In this document: one piece after another, positions 52,010 through 64,000 of the stretch
Layout: each line of letters opens with the position of its first letter
Position numbering within the stretch: the stretch's first letter is position 1
Assembly (NCBI RefSeq): GCF_006345805.1
Contig: NC_043005.1
Location: forward strand, 5,890,001-5,954,000
DNA length: 64,000 nucleotides
Direction: 5' to 3'
Source of the DNA: Octopus sinensis
Taxonomy: Eukaryota
Made by a program: the position numbers and the translations under genes
Notes under the pieces: generated by a model
What the model was told of the DNA's origin: nothing
Databases searched by the model: none
The model's input: the letters and a program-made list of their open reading frames with translations, nothing else

Positions 52010-52291
52010 ATATTATATAATATATATATATGCAAAATAGGTGCAACAACATAATGCACGAAGTCCCACGCATAAGAGACAGTAGCAGGATGGGTCGAAA
52101 CGATCGTCGTACAAAATAAAGAATAATACCAAATCCATCATCTCTGGTTACTTAGTCACTATTATCTCAGCTAAGACTGCGGAATTCCTGAAGTAGATCC
52201 AACGGAATATACCCGAACTGCAGATGACACCAGGCAGCCGAAACCGTGCCAGTACTTTACTCAACACATCAGTGCTTTACTAACCAACGTA

Positions 52292-52814
52292 CCGTAATTC
52301 CTCGAGTATAATCCTCATTTTTTCCCCAAAATTTAAAGGTCAAAATCCCTAGTACGTACTATATACGAGGTTAAAAAGGAAAAATATTTTCTAAGCAATG
52401 TCCGAGTCTCTATTTGCTGTCCGGCAATGTTTATTCAGATGCATTTTGTGATGTCAGGCGCGAAAATACATTAAGCTAAGCCTGAAAGTAATGAAGTCAT
52501 AAAAGAATCATCCATAACTTGCAGTAAGCAACATTTATTAAAATAAAAGTATTCAGAACACAGAATAACATCTAGCAAAAACAATTTGCAAACATATTTA
52601 CATTCCCATATAACAATTAAGAACATCACCATTATTGTATTACGCGTGCGCGGAAGCGTTTGTTCGACCAGGTGCTGCTGGCTTAATTATGCACGACTCA
52701 AGTTAGAGAAGGGCTGCGTATTATACACAATGTTTAGGATTTTCAGAGGTACAGCCCCCTAAAAAATCCCCTGCTTATTATACTCAAGGGCGGACTATAC
52801 TCGAGGATTTACGA
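52292..52814. mobile_element. Tc1/mariner-pogo MITE
   Basis: TA|CCGTAATTCCTCGAGTATA ... TATACTCGAGGATTTACGA|TA. Confidence 0.82.
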
Positions 52815-53185
52815 TATACCCATTGGTCCAAAATATTACATATAAACATATACCTGAAACTAGGTAAATAGAAACCTTCGAACAGAGACGTCAGTGGCGA
52901 CACCTGCGGGGTCTGACTGCGCTACATTGACAAGGGGCAATACCCCGAAACGCGTCTTTAGCTGTCGGACTGGCAGTGTGAAGCGGCTGACCTCCCTTGT
53001 TCGAAGATTATAATGGATACAGATCGTGTATCAATAGCTATCTTAAGGCGGTGGCCTCATGGAGCTGACCAGCGGCAGCGATTATTCTTATATCTATAAG
53101 AATGCCATATTAATATGGCGATAACAATTAATTTCCAGTAAACGCTGCCGTAATCTCTTTTATAGAGACTTAGTAATTTTAATAT

Positions 53186-53219
<34 letters not shown>

Positions 53220-53241
53220 ATATATATCGTATATGTTTATA

Positions 53242-53410
53242 TAGTAAATCGAAAAAGACAACAAGCATAAAAAAAACAACGCCCGCTGAAGGAAGGAAAG
53301 AAAGATGGTTTAACGTTTCGAACAAGGATCTTCTTCAGAAGAGAGGAACGTGCGTTAGAAAGGACGACGGAGGAAGAAAATCGCTAACGGGTTACATGTG
53401 GTTACATTTT
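53242..53410 (-). mobile_element. Diverged third copy of the hammerhead mini-element
   Basis: Minus strand reads AAAATGTAACC...CGTTAGCGATTTT...CTGAAGAAGATCCTTGTTCGAAACGTTAAACC; next to (TA)n. Confidence 0.7.
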
Positions 53411-53965
53411 GAAATGACCGGAAGGGAATGGGTGAAGAAAAAGGTCTTTCTGAGACAGGAGAGTGTAAGAGAAGTAGGTATGTGTGTGTGTGTATGTGTG
53501 GGTATGTGCGTGCGTGCAAGTCTGTGTGTGTGTGTGTGTGTGTAATACTACGTGTGTGTGTGTGTGTATGTGTGTGTATGTGTTTTGTGTGTGGTGAGTA
53601 TGGTTTTGGCTGTTTATATGTGTATGTGTGAGTGAACTTCGTGTCTCTTGTAGCATGGTAACAGGAGTGGTGGTCTTTTGTGTAGTTGTGTGTCTCTTCA
53701 CATGTGCGTAGAGGAATGGTCAGTAGAAAGGTGTTTGACTGGCAGTTTGAAGTATGTGTGTGCGTGCGTATGTATGTGTGTGCATGTATGTATACGTTGT
53801 ATGTGTGTGTTTTGTGTGTAGTGTGTGCATGCGTCTGTGTGCGTGTGTACGTGTGTGTTATATGTGCGTGTGTGTATGTGTGATATATATATATGCTTAT
53901 ATATGTTTATATATGTGTGTGTGTATATCTGTACATATTTATCAACATACATACGCACATACATG

Positions 53966-53996
<31 letters not shown>

Positions 53997-54609
53997 GTAT
54001 ACAGACAGAGATAGATAGACAGATACATTAACGTGTGTGTGCGCGCGTGCGTGTAATAGCAAGAAACAAGGAAAAGCACAAGAGTGACGAGTATGTATGT
54101 GTGTTTGTAGCGAGAGAGTGGTGACTGAGAAAGAGAGAGAGAGTGAGAGAGAGAGAGAGGAGAGAGAGAGAGAAACGGAGAGAAGGAAAAGAATGAGCAC
54201 GCGCCAAGGGATGGGATTAATGACATGTAGATGGCTGTATCAAGTTTAGGAAGAAAAAAAAACGAAAAAAAAAAAAAAGGAAAGAAGGAATTTGTTGGCT
54301 CCTGACAAGCAATAAATAGAAGGATAGACGGAGAAACATATGTTTTAGGAGACTGGAAAAAAACTGTTAGTATTCACCATTACACGTGTTTCCTTTGTTA
54401 GTAGGAGTTACAAAATTGAACATGCAGCAAAAAACATGTAAGATATCTCCTATTTAGAAATTCTTCAAACAGAGAATCAGACAATAATCAAATAATTTGA
54501 TTCTCTGTTTGAAGAATTTCTAAATAGGAGATACCTTACCTCTTTTATTTCTACATATACAATCTTGTAACTTCTCTTAGCAAATGAAACACGTGTAATG
54601 ATGAATATA

Positions 54610-54842
54610 CAGGATTGGCCAAAAGTCACCCGACAGTAAATCAAAATTCCATAAATACTATCTGTAATTTTGTATTAATTCGAACGGAAAAATATGTCGC
54701 TCAAGAAGGACTTCAGTTTGAACAATTTTCATCATGTTTCGTATTTAGATGCTTTTATTAAATTCATTCATCTTTTAAACATAAATAAATTTTGGAATTA
54801 AGTGGTTTTGATTAACTGTCAGGTGACTTTTGGCCAATCATG
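54610..54842. mobile_element. Tc1/mariner MITE
   Basis: ~37-bp TIRs CAGGATTGGCCAAAAGTCACCCGACAGTAAATCAAAA with 3 mismatches, TA flanks. Confidence 0.85.
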
Positions 54843-55199
54843 TATGCTTTGCGGCATTTCTTCTGGCTCTTTGCATTCTGGGTTCAAATCCTGTCGAAAT
54901 CAACTTTGCAGTTCATCCTTACAAACCCCTTCTCCTAAAATTAATGGTCTTGGGCCAAAATTTGAAACCATTACTTGGAGAGACTGTACCTTGATGTCAG
55001 TAGGTTCATTAACACCAAACTCGTAGTCCACAGCAGCAAAACTTTCACCATCAAATATTCACTACAGAACACCAGTAGTGTAACCAAGTTCTAAAGTTAA
55101 GGGCAGCGAGCACATAAATATAGGCGTCGTGACATATATCAACTAATTCTTAACTCATTTCTTTTATATTACACGAAATATTTCATTAGTTCGTCGTCG

Positions 55200-55542
55200 T
55201 GGCACTCCGTCGGTTACAACGACGAGGGTTCCAGTTGATCCGATCAACGGAACAGCCTGCTCGTGGAATTAACGTGTAAGTGGCCTTAACGTAGTTCTCA
55301 GGGAGATTCAGCGTGTGACAAGGCTGGTCCTTTGAAATACAAGTACAACGGAAACAAAGCGAGAGAAAACTGTGGTGAAAGAGAACAGCAAGGTTGCCCC
55401 CCACTCCCCACCCGCCGGAGCCTCGTGGAGCTTTAGGTGTTTTCGCTCAATAAACACTCACAACGCCCGGTCTGGGATTCGAAATTGCGATCCAACGACC
55501 GTGAATCTGCTTGTCCTAACCACTGGTCCATTGCGTCTAGGC
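55200..55542 (-). mobile_element. SINE family A
   Basis: Match to 4770-5153. Confidence 0.85.
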
Positions 55543-56149
55543 ACTTCATTAGTTGTAATACACATAATTGTATTCTATATTCACTGATTTTATGTTTTAG
55601 TAACAATGTTATTATGTATGAAACCTACATCTACTGATATAGGTGTGATGTAAAAATAAAAAGTTGAAATTCCTCGGGATTGTCCAGTGTGGAGAGGTTA
55701 TGACGTCAGGGTTTGGTTAGGTTCTTCAGATGTCAGCAGCCACCGACACATCACAGAAGATTAAACTAACAGTTCAAAAACACGGGTGGTTGGTCAAATA
55801 AGTAATGACCCCGAAGGAAGTTCTTCCAAGGTCATACGATTAACCAAAAAAAAATCGTCTTTTATCGTATAAGTGAATCAAAGAGTTAAAAAATAATTTG
55901 TTAAATAGACGCCAATTTTGAAAAATATGCACGGGGGTGGGGGTTGATGCCCCTCGGTCCCCCATTAGCTACGTCACTGCAGTATACACTGGTATACGTT
56001 GATTGTTGTGATCACCGAACTGTGTTATCACAGATTAATCCGTGATAAGCGTAACATGGATAACAATTTAGCGAACCGTGTCATCCCGGATCAGTGATGA
56101 ATGAATCGGTGATTAAACGAGGCTAACTTAATTAACAGTCGGCTGGATG

Positions 56150-56620
56150 CTCTGAAAGTATTGCAGCTAGATCAAGGAATGAGGTGGAAATATTTCGGCT
56201 ATTTCTTCTGCTGGCAAGAAAGAGATTTTATTTTCCAGTGAAAGATAGATTGTATGATGTTTGCATACAAAGGCAATGTTGCATGGTAGCAACACATGAG
56301 CCCTGAATGGAGAAAATGTGTAAAGATGAGAAAGAAATGAGGCGAACAATGATCGTTGGAAGGGTGATTTTGGTATATATGAATGTAGGAGTACAAATTC
56401 ACCGAGAGAGAAATATGGGTATAAGAGAAATTAAATGTGGTGAACAAGAAAGAACCTGTAAAAGAAGATAGTTGGGTAAAAGAATATTAAATGGCACCTT
56501 CGGAAAATGAAGAACGAAGAAGACTTTGAAAAACTGATGAAAAACCAATCTTAGGGTAATGAACTTTTCAAGGGACAAGTGGCGAATCACTTGTACGGTA
56601 GAAGATGAGCGCAACGCAAG
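56150..56620 (+). pseudogene. Degraded RTE LINE 3' fragment
   Basis: KDRLYDVCIQ..MLHGS resembles the K.RLY.ACV...MLYGSETW block; many stops. Confidence 0.5.
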
Positions 56621-57221
56621 TATACTGTGAACCGACAACATAATGTACGTTGATGACACATACGTATATCATATGGAGCGTAATAAGAGATTATATACAT
56701 GAGAAGGGAACAAGAAATTATGGGATGAAAAAGTGTGCAAGGAAGTTCATTACACGATTTCTTATTCTCTTGTCATTTATATAAATACTCGATTAACGCT
56801 TTTCTCAGAAGCTTATATTAAGTTCCAATACCAGACTGTTAGTATCGCTATGGCGAAGCGAAATATTAAAATGCATACATACATACATACATACATACAT
56901 ACATACATACATACATACATACATACATACATACATACATACGTACACGCACGCACACGCACACATATACAGACACTCATAGTAAAAGATTGGTTGGGGA
57001 AGTTTTATTGGCATAAAAAAGCACCATTATTACATTTACAAATTATTGTAATTTTTTTTTTCTATCAGACTCAAAATAGAGAGTCTTTAGGTTGGAAACT
57101 TATCAATGGCTTCTTCTATTGCTTTGAACGGATGCGTCATATTCTTTCATTAATAAAACTCTCGGTTTTGACGACACAGGTATGCTAGTATAGATATACA
57201 GACATGCATATACAGAGAGAG

Positions 57222-57291
<70 letters not shown>

Positions 57292-57602
57292 GGTATGAGA
57301 AGAATTGTCTTCACTCCTGCGCTGTTTGGTACCTTATCGACTCGCGAAACGACAAGTGGCAATGCTGGCCTTGGCGGGGTTTTGAACTCAGAGGGTAGCG
57401 AACGAGAAAGAATGCCTACAGCAACGTGTTCTATCCAGCCTTCTTACGACTTCGCCAACTCGCAACTTTACACACGCGCGCGTGCGCACACATACAACCC
57501 ACGGCGCACATAAGGCATTTAAACGATGACTTTTGTCTAACCATTGAGGTACAAAGAACCGAATAAACGACTCTGATGTAAATTTTTTCAGGTGTCGGGG
57601 CC

Positions 57603-57779
57603 ATGGAGAGGAGACGACGATTCGGTTCCTTTCGAATTATCAAACAACTCCAAACTGCTTCTGCTTCGTTTCTCATTTTCTTTTATTTGCTATTTGGCGT
57701 GATAGTTAGCCTGTACATCAGGCTTGCCTCTACATCAAACTTACTATACAGAAGAAATATGACTAAGACAAACGCCTGA
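57603..57779 (+). CDS. Candidate 58-aa small ORF with one hydrophobic segment (unverified)
   Basis: GCCATGG start 11 nt after a TTTTTTCAG acceptor; MERRRRFGSFRIIKQLQTASASFLIFFYLLFGVIVSLYIRLASTSNLLYRRNMTKTNA*. No homology recognised. Confidence 0.3.
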   Translation: MERRRRFGSFRIIKQLQTASASFLIFFYLLFGVIVSLYIRLASTSNLLYRRNMTKTNA

Positions 57780-59870
57780 TTTGAAACAGAATTTCACACA
57801 GACAAACGCTCTTCCAAATCCTCCATTTTCAACAAATCACCCAGTTCACTAAACACACGTTTTATCAGCATTCACTTCAACACATTTAGACGGATGCCTA
57901 ACTAACGTGGCGTGACGTATCTGTAATTTAGACTGGATGTCAAGGCCATCCTTTCTAACACAATACTGCAGTCGAAGGCACACTGCAACGACTGGTTGAC
58001 ACGTTTTAAAAGTCCTTTAAAATATTTTGTCTTACATTCCACCGGATGTCCACCACCAAGTACACTTGGTTGAGGTATTTGCTTATATCTATATACACAT
58101 CCTGCACCAACGTGCATGTAAATGTATACGGAATAGGAAGACTCTTACTTGAAACTCGCGATGTTGTAATCTGGCCATCTTCTTTTCGTTTGTTTGTTCG
58201 TTTGTTGTTACTTTAACGGATTTAAACATCAGTAGAAAGGCCCTTGTTTTGCATATTTTTGAAGGGGCTACTCGTTGCACATTTTTAGTGGAGTCACTTG
58301 TGTCATACATTTTTAGAGGGGCTACCTCTGGCCGAGTCGCAAAAGCAGTCACCACAATAAAACTTGACACGCGCCTCCATTTTTGCGCACAATTTTTTTG
58401 TTTTATCCTTTTGTTTATTTTTCAGCGCAAGTCAAGATTTAGACCTCTTGGAACTACAAACAGGAAGCGGACCTTTTGTAGCAGCGAGGGACTATCATAT
58501 GCCTCAGTGACAATGAAATACCATCATTCTATAGTTTCCTCACTCGTGAAGGCATATGGAAAGAATAACATAGGCGGGAACAGTAGCAATTCCCCGGGTG
58601 CGTCCTTTGTTGGGGTGCATTGATGCGAGGAACATAGAGTCTTAGTCATACCATTCTGGTTGATTTAAGTACAACGATTTTAGTTAATTTGAGTGAGATA
58701 GTTACACACTGACTATACTTAACGACTCAACAGGTAGTCGGTGCTACGAATTATATCTGCGAGAATTAAACAAAGGAGATATGGGGTTAAAATATAACAC
58801 ATAAATTATGGAATTTTTACCACACATGACTTGTAGTTGTTTCGTTGACTATTAACCTCATCAGCAGCTGTTGACCAAAAGGCAATCAGTCATTTAACCA
58901 CTTAGCAACACTATATAGATGTTGTGGACGTCACGAGTGGTTGGTTATAAAAGTTGACCAAGAACGGGACAGAAGAACGAAGCTGTCATTTCATATATTA
59001 TGCATGGCACTGAGTACAAAATGTTAACAATTGGGTTGAAGAAAATAGCTCAGGGTCGTGTTCTGCATATTAAGTATTAGTCGAGTGTCACGTATGTAGT
59101 CCAGTGAATTGAAAAGCTTCAATAGCCTACTGAGATTATCCAAGAGTTGCCAGTCAAATACAGTGGCGTAGCTAGAGTAATTGCCTTTGAAGACCCTCGC
59201 TCCTATATAAGCGCATACAGCTGACCCTAAAAAGCTGCCCTCATATAAGCCTGAGTAAGACCACCCCATCACCCCTCCTCCGTAGCTGTGCTACAGGTTA
59301 ACTACTCTCTGTAGGGGTGTTCATAATTAAGAACGAAAAAGGAGACAGTAAGATTAGTGATTCGAAGTCATTGGATAACATAGATAATATAGATTGGTGT
59401 GAATCGAGTCTTTAAAGATAACCGGCAAAAGTAACAGACATATTCCAGTCTTATTGTACCTCTTTAGTGCATCATAAACCAGGTCTCCTCCAAAACGGCA
59501 ATGCTTACATTGTCAAAAATTTTGATGAATTTTGATCAAAACTTTCGATCAAACTGCTCCTTTCTTATAGATTTTAAACACCTTTAAAAGGAGTTCCTGT
59601 TTAGAAATTGCAAAGATAACTTCAACTGAATAAAGTTTTCCAACTCGGTGTACCTGCTTGTGAGGCGGTACTAAGTCGATGTGTATGTATAAAAGTGAAG
59701 TAGAGCGAGAGGGAGTAGGAGGAACAGCCATTGTTAAGTCACATAAATATGTAAGGTGTTGTGTAAGAAACAAAAAATGAAAGCTAAGACAACTTGAAAA
59801 AAACTGATTGGGTTAGGGAGGAGAAGGGCAGCTGTATTACGCATGGTTGGTATCGTTGTACAAAAGTTCG

Positions 59871-59930
<60 letters not shown>

Positions 59931-60026
59931 TACGTACACGCACAAATATACGCACACAAGTATGCGTTTGTATGTGTTTCCTATGTACATATGTGTACTA
60001 TGTATGTTTATATCTACCTATCATTT

Positions 60027-60059
<33 letters not shown>

Positions 60060-60262
60060 CATACATATATGTAGACATAAACATATATAATACAGAGGTG
60101 TATTTACATATATATACACGCACACGTACACTGTGCTTGTGTGCACACACATATGTACATACATTCATTCATACATACATACACACACATATAATAGAGA
60201 GATAGGTAGAAAGATAGACGGATGGATGGATATATATATAGATATATAGATAGATAGATAGG

Positions 60263-60325
<63 letters not shown>

Positions 60326-60332
60326 GTAGATT

Positions 60333-60397
<65 letters not shown>

Positions 60398-60456
60398 GTA
60401 GATAGATAGATAGATAGGTAGATAGATAGAAAGGTAGATAGATAGATAGGTAGATT

Positions 60457-60505
<49 letters not shown>

Positions 60506-60564
60506 GTAGATAGATAGATAGATAGGTAGATAGATAGAAAGGTAGATAGATAGATAGGTAGATT

Positions 60565-60605
<41 letters not shown>

Positions 60606-61222
60606 GTAGATAGATAGATAGGTAGATTAGATTACATTAAATTAGATCATACACGCATACATACATAGGGATTACATATGGGAGTTTTATGTTTTATGCG
60701 TTTTTAAATAACGTCTCTGAAACGTATAATGTCTACATGCATGAATGCATACACATACGTACATAGATATATGCATATATAGGTATAGCGATGCAAACAG
60801 GAAAAATAACTCAAAATAGGAGTATATATATATATATATACACACATACATATTATTATTATTATTATAATTTAACAGAAGTAACCGAGTGACTCAAGGG
60901 CCGAGAGTTTCGTGCGCTGGTACTTATCAAACTCATACATGTATATGTACATACAAACAAACAAACATACATACATACGTACGTACATACATACATACAT
61001 ACATACATACATACATACATACATACATACATACGTACGTACGTACATACATACATACATACATACATATATACACATACATACATACATATATATGTAT
61101 GTACGTACATACATACATATATACATACATACATACGTACGTACGTACATACATACATATATACATACATACATATATACATACATATATACATTACACA
61201 CATACATAATGTGAGTGAATGC

Positions 61223-61269
<47 letters not shown>

Positions 61270-63218
61270 ATCTATCTTCTCTCTCTCTCTGTCCCCCTCT
61301 CTCTTTCTCTCTCTCTCCCTCTATATATATATACACATACACATATATATACATACACACACACATATATATATATATACTTTTACTCTCATTATGTTAT
61401 CAATGTGAGTTTGTGTGTACATATTTAAAACATGAACATCCAGAAACTCACTTTGTGTGTAGGCTGTATGTATTATTTGCAATAAATGGAGAGAGAGAGG
61501 GAGAGAGAGACGGGGGGGACGTAGCCATATGTCTAACCATGCATGTGTATACGTATGTGCATATTTGTATGTGTGTGTGTGTGTGTTTGTAGACAGTGAG
61601 ATGTGGGCGGAGTCGGGGTGGTAGTGAGTCGCCTAAGTAATTCCGGAGCAAGTACGTTGCCTTGGTAGTCACATGACAGGCAAGTATGGCGCACCAACCG
61701 CTTCGTTTGTCACCACTACACTCTACATGAAGCGGCGTGTCGTCCGACTTGTTCTTACACACACACGTATCTAGACGTAAATATGAATATACAGGTTCTT
61801 TTCCCTCTCGTCTGCTTACCTTATGGATTTATCTCTCATACTGGATCAGGTAAATGTCGACTCTTTCCTACATCATCTACTCATATTATCCATTCATTTA
61901 TTTACAACTTTCTTTCTTAAACATGTTTCATACTTTCTTTGTCCCTCTCTCTTTCTCCCTCTGTCTACAGTTTCGTTTTCCCTCGTTATTTTTGTTTCTG
62001 TCTCTCCAGATCTTCTCTTTCTCCTCGTTATTTATTTCCCTCTTTCTCTTTTTATCCCCCCTCTCTCTCTCTCTCTCATTATTTCTGTCCTTTTTCTTTT
62101 TTCTTCCTTCTCTTTATATCACGTTTCCCTTCCTTATTGCTATCTCCTTTCTTTCTCTTTTGTCCTCTTTTTCTCTCCCTCTCCCTGCTTGTCTATCTTA
62201 TACCATCTCTTTTCCTCGTATCACTTTCTCCTTTCTTTCTCTTCTTATCCTCCTCCTCTCTTTTTCCTATCATATCCATTCCTAAACTCATCTCTTTTTC
62301 TCCTCCCCCCCACCTTACACTGCTCAGTCACTATTAATCTATCTTTTCTCTTTCTCACCCATACTTTCTTTTTCTCCGCCTCCCCCATTCTCTTTCTTTC
62401 TCTTTACCTCACCCTCTCCGTCTTCATCCTTCCATTTCTTTTCTTCCCGATTTTCTCTTTCTTTTTCCGTCTCGGTGCCTCTTGATGTGTGTGTTACCAT
62501 TTCTCTTTGGTTCTTACTCTCTTTCTTGTTTTCGCTTTTCTGTCTTTAAATTCGCTAATTTCCTCTCCTTTTATTTTTGATTAGAAAATATGTAATCCTT
62601 ATTTCTCACAATATTATGTTGGTGTATATCTCTCTGTTTATATATACATATATGTGTGTGTGTGTGTGTGTGTGTATAAATCTACATCTCCAAGAAGCGG
62701 GAGAGTTTGTTCAATATTAAAGGTACATGAATTGACTTATTCCTCTCTCCTCTCACCAGTCAACTTTCTAAACCATAATTCTTGGCAACCAACAAGTGAC
62801 AGATCGCCATCGTCATACCACACACACACACACCACACATGCAAACGCGCCAATCTGCTCGCGTGCCCAGACATCCATCCATTAACTTGCATAAGCAAAC
62901 ATAGATGCTTACTCAAATGTTCTGGCATAGAAATCTGCGTGTACACACCACAGGTAGAGCGGTAGCCTTTCACAAATGAGCATCCATTCGCGCGCCCGCG
63001 CACAGACACACACACGTACAGATATAAAAACTAAGAGAAAACTCGAACTTTCCTAAACGTGCACGCGCACACACGCCCAATACCTTTACACCGAGAAGGA
63101 ATGACTATAAACAAAGCATCACCGGAAAAAGAACATGTAAAACAAAACAAAAAATTGCACACGTGCACAGGAAGATTCAGCCCAGTTTATATACAGTACA
63201 TGTATATATACACACGCA

Positions 63219-63307
<89 letters not shown>

Positions 63308-63324
63308 ATCTATCCATCTATCAT

Positions 63325-63360
<36 letters not shown>

Positions 63361-63746
63361 CTAGATGCTATTCACACACCTGTGTGTATGTAGAAGTATT
63401 ATTCCCATTGTCTTGCAAATAATTACCTCTGATCTCCTGTGAAATAATGAAATAAACACGCATCTATCGTTTGTGATACTACACACGCACGTGTGCCTCT
63501 TATAAAATGTCTTTCAACAAGCTCTAACCACAATCCTATGTTGGTTATTGGCTTCAGCCGTTTCCTTTTATTTGAATCGTTAAAACTCTTTCGGAAAGGT
63601 ATGAACTCTACAACTCATCATTTCATCTTCTTCGGAGATTTAAGGTCGCCTATCTAATTAAGAAACCAGTTTATTGCGTGTGTTTCTGTGTATGATGATT
63701 GTATAGTGCGTGGGTATGTGTATGTATGTATGTATGTATGTATGTA

Positions 63747-63785
<39 letters not shown>

Positions 63786-64000
63786 TTTTGTAGCAGACAG
63801 CTGCAAGTGGCACTCGAACACTCCACTCCTATAACAACGTCACTGCTATAGAACTAGCAGCAATTATGATTCAAGCTTCGGGCAAGAGAAGTCCACGACC
63901 CAGTTTCGATTCCTGCTGGTAGCCATTTTCATTGTTCTTTTCTTTTTCTCTTACTATAATCATCTTACTAATGCTCTTATATAAAAAGTGCGACCATCAC

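Noticed and set aside
57777-57779. Selenocysteine or readthrough at the small-ORF TGA
   Set aside because: No SECIS-like element recognised; ~41 open codons downstream is within chance.
58925-58995. CRE + TATAAAAG + Inr-like promoter
   Set aside because: TATA-to-Inr spacing (~42 nt) is too long and no linked exon was found.

Overview
Repeat-dense, AT-rich eukaryotic genomic DNA, intergenic or intronic. The tRNA-derived SINE families and extreme microsatellite load look like an Octopus-type cephalopod genome (inference). No host gene can be called confidently, and most ORFs in the track are translated microsatellites. The real coding content is transposon-derived. It includes a young 5'-truncated Penelope-like element (RT plus C-terminal GIY-YIG, two long Asn-rich inserts, ~33.3-37.5 kb) ending in a type I hammerhead ribozyme with a greatly extended stem II. 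There is also a 5'-truncated RTE LINE, three mariner copies, and Tigger and other LINE remnants. Non-autonomous elements include a Helitron, hAT/Tc1/piggyBac-type MITEs, a probable solo LTR and many SINEs. The most notable observations are: (1) a set of (TA)n-embedded, hammerhead-bearing mini-elements beside the PLE; (2) a perfect 132-bp-arm palindrome inside a SINE and a perfect 26-bp GC-rich hairpin, both suggestive of template switching; (3) several other foldbacks; (4) a candidate 58-aa single-TM small ORF and a pair of small exon-like segments. All alignments and folds were done by eye.
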